A stretch of DNA of 64,000 nt from Candidatus Cloacimonadales bacterium (GCA_963665815.1 OY762463.1:1984001-2048000), one strand, 5' to 3'; positions 51,049-61,919 are shown, counted from the first letter of the stretch. Notes: generated by a model from the letters alone, not told the origin. Made by a program: numbers and translations.

Positions 51049-51675
51049 CTAGTCTCCTCCACCTAAATAGGTTCTCTCAATTCCAAGTATAACTTTGAGA
51101 GAAGTTGCAACCATACCGAGTCCCACACCAAGTGCGATTCCTCTTTTAGCTGCCAGGTTTGGAACGTTAAGAATCCAGTTTGTAGCTTCCGGTAAACCAA
51201 TATTAAGTGCTTGACCGATAGAAACACGACCGAGCATCACAATAATTGCAGCTACGAGAAGTACAGTAGCTTCGGGAGATCTTGCACGGAATGCTTTATA
51301 TGCAGCTGAAGCAATATAGAATGCGAGCAGTGAGAAGATTGTTGCCCCCATTGGAAGCTGAATATTTTCGAATATCCACATATATGGAGTACCGTCTTCT
51401 CTACCCCAGGCGAAACCTGCAACTGCTGTTCCAAGCAGACCAACAATTGTTACAATACTGTAAGGCCAGTTATTGGCTCTTCTTCTAATTTTTGTCACAT
51501 GTACATGAAGAAGTGAGAATATCCCGAGTATAACTCCAAATGGAGAAGCGGCTTTAACCCATTCTCTGTACCAGACATTGTAGAAATCCTGAGATATTTT
51601 ATGGGGAATAAATGTATGTGCCACAAAAAGGAAACCCAGAACAATAACTATAATTAATGGTATTTGTCTTTTCAT
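51049..51675 (-). CDS. Conserved membrane protein of the DUF6754-type operon
   Basis: About 6 TMs; FSLLAFYIASAAYKAFR and LGIERTY motifs. Confidence 0.7.
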   Translation of the reverse strand: MKRQIPLIIVIVLGFLFVAHTFIPHKISQDFYNVWYREWVKAASPFGVILGIFSLLHVHVTKIRRRANNWPYSIVTIVGLLGTAVAGFAWGREDGTPYMWIFENIQLPMGATIFSLLAFYIASAAYKAFRARSPEATVLLVAAIIVMLGRVSIGQALNIGLPEATNWILNVPNLAAKRGIALGVGLGMVATSLKVILGIERTYLGGGD

Positions 51676-51683
51676 TTAATCTC

Positions 51684-54557
51684 CTATTTTGTTGGGAACC
51701 AGTTAATAATTTGAGTGAAGTGAACAGTTGCACTCAGTGAACCGGTAATAATAAAGAACAGGATAAAGAACTTGAAGTAATCCTGAGCTTTAAGTGTACC
51801 AAGCATAAGCGGCTGACGAGCTAGGTAAGCTGCAGCGGCATATAGTTCTTCACCAATAAGTGTGTAGTCACAGGTTGTAATAAAGAAAGGAATCTGAGTT
51901 ACAGCATCAGTACCGGAAATCTGAATAGCTCCGGTTGAACTACCTGTCTCAGTCATAATAAGTGACTCTGCGAAGAACATTCCCATATAGAAGTTTGTTG
52001 CAGTCTTTTCACGAATCATAACACCGTTAACACCTGCAACGAATGCAAATTGAGATGTTGTGATAAAGAATACACTGTCTTTTTCGAATGTATCAGGTCT
52101 TCCTGCTTCGTAATGAGCTTCACGTACAACTTCCTGAGCAATCGGAAGTACAATGTAGTCTTTACAAGGAACAAGAATTTTAGTATCATATTCAGCTGCT
52201 TTTTTTGCAACTCTACCAAGGATGGCAAGTGCTGCCAGAGTAGCAACGTCATTAATACCGGAAAGTCCGGGAACGAACAGAATAGGTTTACCCATTTCAG
52301 TTGCTCTACCGATAGCATTATCAATTTCATGAATACCGGCGATTGGTCTAATATAAAGGTCTTCACCTTTACGGGCTTTACCGATCATTATAAACACAAG
52401 AGCTCCGAAGAGAAGTGTTGCAATAAGCATTGGTAATTTTTCTGTATCAAACCAGTTTGATTCAGGGAAGAAGTACTCGTTACCATTTTCATCTTTAAAG
52501 ATAGGTGTTTCGTTGAAGATACCTTTTTTGTTGGTTTTTACGAGTTTGTACAGGAAGGTTCTTTTTTCTCTTTCTCTGTTTTCAGCTAACATTTTAACTC
52601 TTGCTTTTCTACCAAGTTTGTTGGCTGCCTGCATAAGAGGGCTGTTTTCAGCGAGTTTAACAGAATTTTCCATTGAAGCAATTCTTGCTTCAAGGCGAGC
52701 TTTCATAGGACCGGTTGTTGTATCAGCCTGAGCTTTAAATTTTGCAATTTGTTCTTTCTGTTCGTTGAGAGCTTTTGCAGCATGATCTTTGTAGATCGAT
52801 GTAGAAAGAGATGCTCCTGTTTCAGCATCATATTCTATACCTGTAAGTGTGGGGTCTACAAGAATACATTTTTTTGATTTGTTATACCCGGAAATAGGTT
52901 TATAAATATTTGATTCGTAAGCAACGTTATCATCCCAGCCTCTTTGAGTACCGGAAAGTCTTTTTACTTCTCTATATACTCCGCCATTGTAACACTCTTT
53001 ATAAAGGAAATAGCTATAGGTATCTACATCTTCATTGTCTTTTCCAAAATAAAGATTTCCAGGACGAAGTGCTTTGGCTTCATCACTGTAGCTGAGTGTC
53101 TGAGTGAAGTAATAATCTTTTTCATCAAGATCATGTGCATTAATTGTCATTACTACTTTAAGCTTCTGGAGAAGATCTGATCCTTCAGGAGCGGTGATTT
53201 TTATCTTATTATCTTTGAAGAATTCATCGATCGTATCAATCTCTCTACCTTCTTCATCATAAACTTTGAAAACTATGTTTTTTAATTTGTCTTCTTCATA
53301 AAAAGGATTTGTATAGTATTCATAGTTAACAAGAATTTTAGATTTCTTGCTGTTAAGGAAAGTTGAGTTTGTGAGTTTTACAACAGGTTCTCCCCATTGT
53401 ACCTGAATTCTGTCACCTTTATCATTTGGTTTGTCTCTGACATCAAGTGTCGGTAAAGCAGGAAGATCTGATTGATCAATAACATTAACAGGTTTGATTA
53501 AACTGAAAGTTTCATTCCCGGAATAATCATACAGAGAAATTACAAAAGAATACTGATCGATATTCTCTGTATCAATCTGGACATCAATACCTTGATTTGC
53601 ATCTACGACTTTACCCATGTCAAGATTTACAATAGCTTTGTTCTCAGAAGTATAGGAAGACGTATTTCTTCTGAATACTAATTGAGCAGGGTTTTGAGGA
53701 GCTTCAATACCTTCGATTTTCTCAGGATTGATCTCTGCATTAACATTATAATCAATATATTCTTCAAGTTTTGATACATCATTATTATTGATCATGTATA
53801 TAGAGAACATCGCAATATCTGATGCTGATGGAAGAGTCCATTCAAACTGAAGCCTGTCCATCCCATTTACATATACAGGATAAAATGATTTTGTTACCTC
53901 AGGTGAGTTCTCAACAGGTGAGCCTGAGACAATCTCAGCATGAGGGAAGAATTTTCTTTGTTTGTTAATAGCAAGTACTGTATAATAATACTTAACTCCC
54001 GGTTTAAGTTTTGCAAGTAATGTAACCTGATAGTTTTTCAGACCTGCAAGTACTTCACCGTCTTTCTCAATCTTGGTTGTACTGTAGTAGAAATTATCCT
54101 TTGGAATCATAGCCAGAACTGTGTAATCATCAAAATAACGACTGCTTACACTGAAGTCTTTTGGCATATCACTGTATAAAGGACTGTTAGCATCCTGCTT
54201 TTCTTCTTTCTTAAGTTTAGCAGGTGAATCAACGTTAGCAAAAAGACCATAGCCTTTGTCGTAATAGTACATTACATCAGAAGCTACTCCGATCTTCGCA
54301 TTTACCGGAATTTTACCGGCGTAAAAGAGAGTATCAGGACTGGTTCCTCTGTAGACGCGGTACTCAATGATACGTTTGTCTTTACTCAGAGGTTCCCAAC
54401 TGAGCTGAAGTCCGGAACCGTCATCATCCGGAACATCATCAATTTTTAGGTTTTTCACAATATAATCACTGTCTGCGGCGAAAGCGAATACACTGCAAAA
54501 TAAAAAAAGGATTGTCAGCAAAATTGTATGCGTGACAAAACGGGTTAGTTTAACCAT
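51684..54557 (-). CDS. Exported Fn3-like repeat protein with C-terminal DUF6754-like domain
   Basis: Signal peptide; two D.P.D.G..(L/I)...W motifs; TM; IRPIAG...AIGRATEMG and CDYTLIGEELYAA motifs. Confidence 0.7.
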   Translation of the reverse strand: MVKLTRFVTHTILLTILFLFCSVFAFAADSDYIVKNLKIDDVPDDDGSGLQLSWEPLSKDKRIIEYRVYRGTSPDTLFYAGKIPVNAKIGVASDVMYYYDKGYGLFANVDSPAKLKKEEKQDANSPLYSDMPKDFSVSSRYFDDYTVLAMIPKDNFYYSTTKIEKDGEVLAGLKNYQVTLLAKLKPGVKYYYTVLAINKQRKFFPHAEIVSGSPVENSPEVTKSFYPVYVNGMDRLQFEWTLPSASDIAMFSIYMINNNDVSKLEEYIDYNVNAEINPEKIEGIEAPQNPAQLVFRRNTSSYTSENKAIVNLDMGKVVDANQGIDVQIDTENIDQYSFVISLYDYSGNETFSLIKPVNVIDQSDLPALPTLDVRDKPNDKGDRIQVQWGEPVVKLTNSTFLNSKKSKILVNYEYYTNPFYEEDKLKNIVFKVYDEEGREIDTIDEFFKDNKIKITAPEGSDLLQKLKVVMTINAHDLDEKDYYFTQTLSYSDEAKALRPGNLYFGKDNEDVDTYSYFLYKECYNGGVYREVKRLSGTQRGWDDNVAYESNIYKPISGYNKSKKCILVDPTLTGIEYDAETGASLSTSIYKDHAAKALNEQKEQIAKFKAQADTTTGPMKARLEARIASMENSVKLAENSPLMQAANKLGRKARVKMLAENREREKRTFLYKLVKTNKKGIFNETPIFKDENGNEYFFPESNWFDTEKLPMLIATLLFGALVFIMIGKARKGEDLYIRPIAGIHEIDNAIGRATEMGKPILFVPGLSGINDVATLAALAILGRVAKKAAEYDTKILVPCKDYIVLPIAQEVVREAHYEAGRPDTFEKDSVFFITTSQFAFVAGVNGVMIREKTATNFYMGMFFAESLIMTETGSSTGAIQISGTDAVTQIPFFITTCDYTLIGEELYAAAAYLARQPLMLGTLKAQDYFKFFILFFIITGSLSATVHFTQIINWFPTK

Positions 54558-54717
54558 AGTGTAGACTCCTTTATTTATTAATTTATAGTAATATATAAAA
54601 TACTGATTTACATCATATTAGAACTTACCATAATAAACTACATGTTTTCCTGTGTAAATATATGTTGTCAAACTCTTTTTGAATATTGCAGCTTCATTAT
54701 TTATGTCTGAGCGGCAC

Positions 54718-57700
54718 TTATTCAAATACAATTACCTGAGGACGCTTTACTCCTGCTCTTATCTGGGTTTCTCCGTTTATATAAGTATCTTTCCCTGAAT
54801 GATTCCTGAATACAGACTTCTGATCATTACTTAAATAATGACTTCCAAATCCATTCATTATTATCAATGGGAATGGAATGTTTTCATTACCGGTCAGAGC
54901 GACTCCTATTTCATCATTGATAAACTCTGTCAGCACGCTCATTTCAATACCCGGTACAATTAAACCTTTTATCTGCTCTGTTTTCAGATGATTCAGTTTT
55001 TTGATTCCCGGACATTCATTGACTGCCAGAATTTTACCCATCGAATCTGAATTTGATATTTCCTTAAATGTCTCATAGTACATAAAAGGAGCACTACTTT
55101 CACTGCCAAAACCTATTTTTCCTTTTATATGTATCCCGCTATATTCAATAACTACCGACCTGCCATCTTTTACATCACTAACTTTCCCAATACAATGAGA
55201 AATCAGCCTCTTAGGTTTCTTCTCATACTGTATTGTAATAATGCCCTTCTTGAAATCAATGTCCTTTACAAGTCCTGTGGTTGGTGAATTGCAGATTGTC
55301 GGACTGGACGTTTCCATCTTCGATGCCAGTACTTCTCCCGTATAAACCATATCACCGACATGCTTCTTCAAATATCCTCTTATTGCCTTAGGTTTAGTCA
55401 TAAGTCTTTCAGCAAGATTGATCTTTACTGGCTTCTCAGAGTAATCCTGATACTCCCGGACAAATATTGTACCGTTTTCATAGTTTATACTTTCAACTAT
55501 ACCTGTTACGGGGCAAGTGTATATTTTACGTCTTCCCTTAAGCTCATCTGACAGTGAAGTTGCTTTATTATCGAATATTACCTGACCGGATTTTACGAAA
55601 TCACCTGCATTGATTGAAAGGATCTGCCTGAATGCTGCCGTATCAGTTGTAAATCCGGTTTGCTTGAACAGCGATAATATAAATATCCTCGGTGGTTCAT
55701 AGTTGTTAACACCTATCTCTGTATCCTGATCAACATTATCCCCGATTTTTACATGAATATCACCAGGATATGGCAATGTTTTCACTATCTTCCCTGTCTT
55801 TACCGATTCATCAGGCTTCAAATAATTAAGATCCTTGATAGTACAGTCATTATTTGAAAAAGAGTCATAAGCTCCTATCTCAGCAAACTCTTTTCGATAA
55901 AGATATTGTTTATCCAGAACAGAATCTAAGTAAATTGGCAAATTTGTAGTAAACTTAACAGATCCTGCCTCACTGCTGACAAAAATATTTTTTTCAAGTT
56001 CTATTTCGATGCTTCTGCTTTCTTTATTAACATTATCAATAAAAAGGAAGTCTCCGACTTTTATATCATACCTGTTACCGTTAATTTTCAATATACCAAG
56101 CAACTGTCCATTTTTCTTAATGTTACCAAAAGGCTTGATATGCAATCCGATTTTCTCAAAACAAGTTTCAACAAGCAGCTTTTCGGCAAGGTTACTGTCA
56201 ACATCGCTCAGTTTACCAAGATGAGGACTGATGAATTCCTTATCCCGCCATAATTCTGTGATCCCCGAAGGATTCAATGAGCGAATCAGCATCAGTGCTG
56301 CCTGTCGTGTGTTTTGCACGTGAGAGAATACCCCACCGGAGCCTATCATGATATCTATGTCTTTTTCATGAAATTTACGTTCTTCCATTTTCTTCTCAAC
56401 ATACATGATTTCCAGGAATTTATCCATTTTTTCCTGTTTTTTCATACGATCAAGAAAACCAATTTTTTCAGTGTTGAAATGCATACTCATATGATGATGT
56501 TTTGACATTTTGATTGCATGATGCGCCATAGTATGTTCTATGAAAAGCTGAGTTGAATTTTCCGGGATTTTGTCAGGATTAAGCATTTTGTTACCACAAT
56601 AGTTTCTGACAAGATTTATATCCAAATCCATTGGAAAATCAGAATTTATCCATTCTTCTCCCGAATCCTTAACTACATTTGTTATACTGTAACTCATACC
56701 ATAGTTAGCACTGACAGTTCTGTAGTAATGTCCTAGAATATTCGAAAAGACATCTGTCGTAGCTCCTCCGATATCAACTGTAATTACGTTTTTCTTCATT
56801 TTTGAACTGATCAGTTCCAGTGATTTTATAACCCCGAGAGGAGTAGGTATAATTGAATCATGAACAATCTGTTTCACTTTAGAATATCCCGGAGCTTTCT
56901 CCATAACAGAATTCATGAAAATGTTATGAATTTTCTCTCGAGTCGGTTCAAGATTTTCCTTTTTCATCTCAGGTCTGAGATTGGGCACAAAATTCATTTC
57001 GTAATGCTTACTCAGTGATGATTCAATAAAATGTCTCGCTTTTACGTTTCCGGCAAAAATAAGAGGAGTTTTACTTTCACCAAGAAATTTTCCTTTAAGC
57101 TCAGCAATACTCAGCAATTCAGCGAGTCTCACAATTCCACTGATTGCTCCGCTGTCAGTACCACCACTGAAAAGTATCATATCAGGATGCAGAGACTGCA
57201 TTGCTTTCATCTGCTCTATAGCAGATCTTTTATCGTCAATAGCAAACGTATCGAGGATAACTCCCCCTGCCCCATAGGCTGCTCTTTTCGCACTACTTGC
57301 CGAATCAAACATTGTCAGCCCGATTACAGCAATCTGTAACCCCCCCCCTGCACTGCTTGTGCTGAGATAGAGAATATCCTCATTCAATTCAAGAGCTTTA
57401 TCACTTATAAGCAGCTTAACTCCAGATAATTTCTCAAGTTTTTCAAGAGCTTTGCGTAAACCAATCACAACATCTTCTGCTGGTGATTCCACAGTAGTAA
57501 GAGCTGTTTCATATCCTTTATCGATCCATTTTCCGTTTTCCTTTTGCAGCAGCAGACACTTTGTTGTTGTACTTCCAATATCTGTAATAAGAATTTTTGT
57601 TTTGTTTTGCATTTTTTGATCCTTTTCCAACCAATAGGGAATATTTTTAAGATTGTCAGAAATCATTTGTGAGCTGATCTCTCTATTAAGATTCAATTTA

Positions 57701-57846
57701 CTTACGAAATCATTTTCCAGATTAAGCTTAACAGATGACATATTATTATGAAAACCATTTGCACCTCTGCATCTGCTGCAAATTTCCACTTCATCAGAAG
57801 TATTCAGAATTCTACCGCAGCTTTTACATGTCCTCAATTTACTCAT
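54718..57846 (-). CDS. Glutamate mutase L (GlmL/MutL)-like ASKHA ATPase fused to barrel-sandwich-like repeats
   Basis: DIGSTTTK, TSSAGGGL, GGTDSG, VDIGGATTDVFS and RTVSANYGMSYS motifs; C-terminal V..GD.V repeats and TQIRAGV.RP. Confidence 0.75.
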   Translation of the reverse strand: MSKLRTCKSCGRILNTSDEVEICSRCRGANGFHNNMSSVKLNLENDFVSKLNLNREISSQMISDNLKNIPYWLEKDQKMQNKTKILITDIGSTTTKCLLLQKENGKWIDKGYETALTTVESPAEDVVIGLRKALEKLEKLSGVKLLISDKALELNEDILYLSTSSAGGGLQIAVIGLTMFDSASSAKRAAYGAGGVILDTFAIDDKRSAIEQMKAMQSLHPDMILFSGGTDSGAISGIVRLAELLSIAELKGKFLGESKTPLIFAGNVKARHFIESSLSKHYEMNFVPNLRPEMKKENLEPTREKIHNIFMNSVMEKAPGYSKVKQIVHDSIIPTPLGVIKSLELISSKMKKNVITVDIGGATTDVFSNILGHYYRTVSANYGMSYSITNVVKDSGEEWINSDFPMDLDINLVRNYCGNKMLNPDKIPENSTQLFIEHTMAHHAIKMSKHHHMSMHFNTEKIGFLDRMKKQEKMDKFLEIMYVEKKMEERKFHEKDIDIMIGSGGVFSHVQNTRQAALMLIRSLNPSGITELWRDKEFISPHLGKLSDVDSNLAEKLLVETCFEKIGLHIKPFGNIKKNGQLLGILKINGNRYDIKVGDFLFIDNVNKESRSIEIELEKNIFVSSEAGSVKFTTNLPIYLDSVLDKQYLYRKEFAEIGAYDSFSNNDCTIKDLNYLKPDESVKTGKIVKTLPYPGDIHVKIGDNVDQDTEIGVNNYEPPRIFILSLFKQTGFTTDTAAFRQILSINAGDFVKSGQVIFDNKATSLSDELKGRRKIYTCPVTGIVESINYENGTIFVREYQDYSEKPVKINLAERLMTKPKAIRGYLKKHVGDMVYTGEVLASKMETSSPTICNSPTTGLVKDIDFKKGIITIQYEKKPKRLISHCIGKVSDVKDGRSVVIEYSGIHIKGKIGFGSESSAPFMYYETFKEISNSDSMGKILAVNECPGIKKLNHLKTEQIKGLIVPGIEMSVLTEFINDEIGVALTGNENIPFPLIIMNGFGSHYLSNDQKSVFRNHSGKDTYINGETQIRAGVKRPQVIVFE

Positions 57847-58435
57847 TACATCCTCCTCCATAAATCATAAAATTCAGCACTTCAATCAAGTCGTCCTTTT
57901 TTCCCAGGATTATCGACTCCTTATAATTAAGTATTTCTCTGAAGTTCAAATAATGAATAATTAGAGAAAAAATATGCTGTATTATAACTTCCGGTTTCAT
58001 CGCAGTACTTATACCGTTAGCTGAAAGAAAGTTTTCAAACATGTGCAGAACATAAAGCTCAATTATGGAAAACCTGTAAACAATCAGATTCCTGAGATTT
58101 TGATTAACAATGGACAGTTCTCTGAACACTACTGAGAAAAAAGGTTCATGCTCAACGAGAAGATCCAGCAGACTGTTGATCACACAATGAAACTCCTGGT
58201 TGCTGTTTATCTCAAGAAATTGCTTCTGAAAATCCTCTAATTTCCTATTCAAAATAGTTTCTACCAGAATATCACGTGTTTCGAAATGAGAAAATAAAGT
58301 ACCATGGGCGACTCCGGCAGCTTTAGCTATGTCAATTGTTTTTGTACTGACAATTCCCTGAATCGCGAATAATTTTTCAGCGATATCAATAATTTTGTTT
58401 CTTGTAGCCGTCTTCTGCGCATCTCTCTTATTCAT
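57839..58435 (-). CDS. TetR/AcrR family regulator
   Basis: DIAKAAGVAHGTLFSHF HTH. Confidence 0.9.
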   Translation of the reverse strand: MNKRDAQKTATRNKIIDIAEKLFAIQGIVSTKTIDIAKAAGVAHGTLFSHFETRDILVETILNRKLEDFQKQFLEINSNQEFHCVINSLLDLLVEHEPFFSVVFRELSIVNQNLRNLIVYRFSIIELYVLHMFENFLSANGISTAMKPEVIIQHIFSLIIHYLNFREILNYKESIILGKKDDLIEVLNFMIYGGGCNE

Positions 58436-58444
58436 AACACCTCG

Positions 58445-58474
58445 TTGAGTTCATACTCAATGAGTAATAACTCG
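58445..58474. promoter_or_regulatory. Putative TetR operator (tandem palindromes)
   Basis: TTGAGT-tcat-ACTCAA adjoining TGAGT-aata-ACTC, just upstream of tetR and downstream of a minus-strand TTGACT. Confidence 0.6.
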
Positions 58475-58771
58475 AGTAAAAACAGTCAAGTTTTTTTCTG
58501 AATAAAAAAATCTGTTTGTATGATTAATGTCGATTATGCTGTACAAGACCCAACATAAAAAAAAGTGAATGAAGATTCGGACAAGTGTATACAATTAGAC
58601 TCAGAGAACATATGTTTGTCTAATATTCAATAGTAATGATTCTCGGGAAATTTATGTTACAGGTTTTCAAAATAGAATTTGACAATTTTTTCACGTAAGT
58701 ATAATTAAGGATATATTAAATCTAAGATTTTTTTGATTCTGAATCAAAATAAAAAATACCGGAGTATATCA

Positions 58772-59212
58772 ATGAGTAGACCAAAGAAAAAACGAGAAAT
58801 CTGTAATCCACCTATGTTTAACAGATTCAAACCAGTTGCAAAAAAGAGCAAGAGTTCTCACATTGTAGAACTCAGCATTGATGAATATGAAGCTATCAGA
58901 CTTGCTGATTACCTTTCATATGATCATGTAACATCCGCAGAACACATGAAAGTTTCAAGACCCACTTTCTCAAGATTGATTGAAAGTGCAAGAGCAAAAG
59001 TTTCCACAATGTTAATTGATGGTCAACAGCTTGTCGTGAATGGCGGACAAATTTACTTCATCAATAACATTATTGAATGTAAGAAATGCGGTCACAAACA
59101 CACTGTGAAAATGGATGTTGAACTGGAAAAATGTGAAAACTGTGGAAGCAATGATTTATTTGATCATGCTAACTTCTACGGTCATGGCAAATGCTGCCTT
59201 GAGAAAAAATAA
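58772..59212 (+). CDS. DUF134 (UPF0251) HTH protein with Zn-ribbon tail
   Basis: MSRPKK.R, EYEAIRLAD and VSRPTF motifs; CxxC...CxxC. Confidence 0.85.
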   Translation: MSRPKKKREICNPPMFNRFKPVAKKSKSSHIVELSIDEYEAIRLADYLSYDHVTSAEHMKVSRPTFSRLIESARAKVSTMLIDGQQLVVNGGQIYFINNIIECKKCGHKHTVKMDVELEKCENCGSNDLFDHANFYGHGKCCLEKK

Positions 59213-59231
59213 TTTCTCAAACCCTTTTTGA

Positions 59232-59259
59232 AAGCCTGTCTTCTCGACAGGCTTTTTTT
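59232..59259 (+). terminator. Intrinsic terminator
   Basis: AAAGCCTGTC-ttctc-GACAGGCTTT followed by a T run. Confidence 0.8.
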
Positions 59260-59786
59260 CTTCCTCAAACTAATCCAGCATATAACTGACATAAAATTCA
59301 AACAAAAAAACCTTAAAGATATTTTAGGCATCCCCCCGAAAACCAAATACAATGTATGTATAACTTATTATAAATAAAAGTTTTGAAACAATAAATCAGT
59401 GGAAAATATGAATCAATGTAATAGCTTTGAACTAAGTATGATTGTTTTGCATTGATGATAGCATTTTCTCTTTTTTACTGTATAATAAATTTAACCGTTA
59501 AGAAATCCTGAAGCCTTGGAAGGATTTTAGGAAAAATTTATGGTTCCAGTTTACTGGAAATACATTTTAAAAAGAGTGCCTTTCTTTTGTTTCGTTTTCT
59601 TTGGCACCAAAGAAAATGAAGAATGCATTTTTCTAAGAAATGTCTGCTAAAAATCCTTCCAATTTTCTTGAAGTCAGATTTTCAAGAAAAAAACGGGGGG
59701 GGGGATTCCATCTTAAAGATATTTAATTTGACACAATACCGTTAAAATACATCTAATTTCACATATTCATACAAAGGATTCCTGTT

Positions 59787-60848
59787 ATGATCAAAAATCA
59801 CAGTCTTATGTTAATTTTCCTCTCCATTGTTACTCTGCTCTCATCAAAGGGCAGCAACGGATTAGATATTATTGCAAATGATTCGGCTTTGAACAACATA
59901 GTATTGGGACATGTATATGATTGGGATGAACTCTCAACCAAATCTCAGGATTCACTGCTGATTGCTGTAAAAAAATTCGTAAATCTTGTTGGGGAAAACA
60001 AAATTGAAGAATCTTATAATTCAACTCATTCAAGATTTAAAAAAATTGTAAACACTCAGCAGTACTATGGTTTCTTTAATGTTATAAGTTCAACATTAAC
60101 AAGTTATGACAATCTGACATTTATAAAAGGCAAGAAAGCTGTCTTTAACAATCCTCCCGTCATGGATCAGTTTATCTCCGGTGGATCAATGGATGAGACC
60201 AGTCCCAACCACCTTAAAGTACAAGTAATAAAAGGAATTAAATCACAGGCAACCCTGATTTTCGAGAACACAGAAAGAAAAGTATCTTACTATTTTGTTG
60301 CTGTCCTGGGTATTGAAAATGGAGAATACAGATTGTACCATCTTGGACTTAATCCATCCTCAGTACATGGAAGAAGCTTTCACTTCTACAGTAACTACGC
60401 CGATAAATGGACAAAAGAAGGCAAATACCTACCGGCTATCTTTGCAAGATTATTTGCGTTTAAATTGGTTTCATATGCCAGTACAACTCAGGATAACAAT
60501 ACAGTATCACAAATAACAGAATTCACAAAATTAGCAGAGAAAAATCCTGAAAAGTCAACTGAATCCTGGATTGTTAATGGAGAAAAAATAACGTATATTG
60601 AATTTGATGTACAGGAACTGGAAGATGATGTCGTACTGGAAATAAAATATGTTTCAAACAAAGAGCTTATTCAGGAAAATGCCACTGAGGAAGCAAGAAA
60701 ACTTATGACGCTCCTGAATAATCAATTTCCTGAGCTTAAACAAGTTTTCCCAAGAATTCTGTTTACTGCTTATGATAAATACCCTGAAGAAGGAATTCAT
60801 TTCAAGACATTGAGAACTCCATTATATTTCAATATTGAGAGTAATTAA
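59787..60848 (+). CDS. Hypothetical exported protein
   Basis: Long ORF with signal peptide and AAGGA RBS. Confidence 0.65.
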   Translation: MIKNHSLMLIFLSIVTLLSSKGSNGLDIIANDSALNNIVLGHVYDWDELSTKSQDSLLIAVKKFVNLVGENKIEESYNSTHSRFKKIVNTQQYYGFFNVISSTLTSYDNLTFIKGKKAVFNNPPVMDQFISGGSMDETSPNHLKVQVIKGIKSQATLIFENTERKVSYYFVAVLGIENGEYRLYHLGLNPSSVHGRSFHFYSNYADKWTKEGKYLPAIFARLFAFKLVSYASTTQDNNTVSQITEFTKLAEKNPEKSTESWIVNGEKITYIEFDVQELEDDVVLEIKYVSNKELIQENATEEARKLMTLLNNQFPELKQVFPRILFTAYDKYPEEGIHFKTLRTPLYFNIESN

Positions 60849-61528
60849 GAGAATAAACCTGTTAACATTTTAATTTTATATAGAGCATAGATAATCAGTA
60901 TTATCCCTGACAGCTTTTTCAATATTGATCCAACCTTACCGTGATTTCCTGAAAAACTGAATTTATCCCAGAAGTATCCCATCAGGATTATCAATATACT
61001 ATGTCCAAGTGAAAACGACAATATAACTGAAACAGAAAAAGCAGGTCTCTGTGCAAATGAGCTGATTATAATGCCTAATACTGGAGCAATAAATGCAAAT
61101 GTGCAAGGTCCCAGAGCAAATCCGAAGATGAATCCGGTAATAAACGCCCCGGCAATACCTTTCTTGACTCCTTTAAGTCCGGAGCCTCCGATCATTGGCA
61201 GAACATCGTAACAGGCAAGTCCAAAGTATAGCAGACAGGTTATCAGCAGAATGTCTCCCCATATTCCCAGATTGCCAAGCATCATGCCCAGTAGTCCGGT
61301 TACAATTCCCAGCACAATTATCGAGATGAGTACAGCAAAGGCAAACACTGTTGTCAGTATAACAGGTCTGGTTTTTGTGTTCTCCCTCGACAGGAGTGTT
61401 ACAGCTAGTGGGATGCTTGTGAGATGGCACGGAGACAGAACAATAGATGCTACACCCCAGAGGAATGAGGCAAATATAAGTATAATGGACTTCTCTGAAT
61501 AAATAACGTTATTAAGAAAATCCCACAT
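60845..61528 (-). CDS. CcdA/DsbD transmembrane electron-transfer protein
   Basis: LSPCH and GPCT motifs; about 6 TMs. Confidence 0.85.
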   Translation of the reverse strand: MWDFLNNVIYSEKSIILIFASFLWGVASIVLSPCHLTSIPLAVTLLSRENTKTRPVILTTVFAFAVLISIIVLGIVTGLLGMMLGNLGIWGDILLITCLLYFGLACYDVLPMIGGSGLKGVKKGIAGAFITGFIFGFALGPCTFAFIAPVLGIIISSFAQRPAFSVSVILSFSLGHSILIILMGYFWDKFSFSGNHGKVGSILKKLSGIILIIYALYKIKMLTGLFS

Positions 61529-61529
61529 T

Positions 61530-61919
61530 CTATTTTGTTTCTACCGGTTTCTTTTCTAATTTAATCCCGTTTTCCTTTAACACTTCCAGAACTTTGTCGA
61601 GAGGTAAAAAACCTTCATGGCGATAGATTTCTTTTCCGTCCTGATCCAGAAAAACTTGTGTAGGGATAAGCCTGATTTTGTATTTGCCGGCAATTTCACG
61701 GGTTTCTTTCAGTTTCACATTATGGAATACAACATTGACCTGATCAGAGTATTTTTCTTTTACTTCTTCCAGAATGGGTTCCATTTTTTTACAGGGAACA
61801 CAGGTGGTAGACCCGAACTCAAGGAAAGTCAGTTTCGGCTTAATCTTTTCAGTCTCGCAGAACAATCCTGAGATCACAGCGGTTAGAACGAGCAATACGA
61901 TTAATCTAAGCTTAAACAT
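61530..61919 (-). CDS. Exported thioredoxin
   Basis: Signal peptide; CVPC; IPTQ; HEGF. Confidence 0.88.
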   Translation of the reverse strand: MFKLRLIVLLVLTAVISGLFCETEKIKPKLTFLEFGSTTCVPCKKMEPILEEVKEKYSDQVNVVFHNVKLKETREIAGKYKIRLIPTQVFLDQDGKEIYRHEGFLPLDKVLEVLKENGIKLEKKPVETK

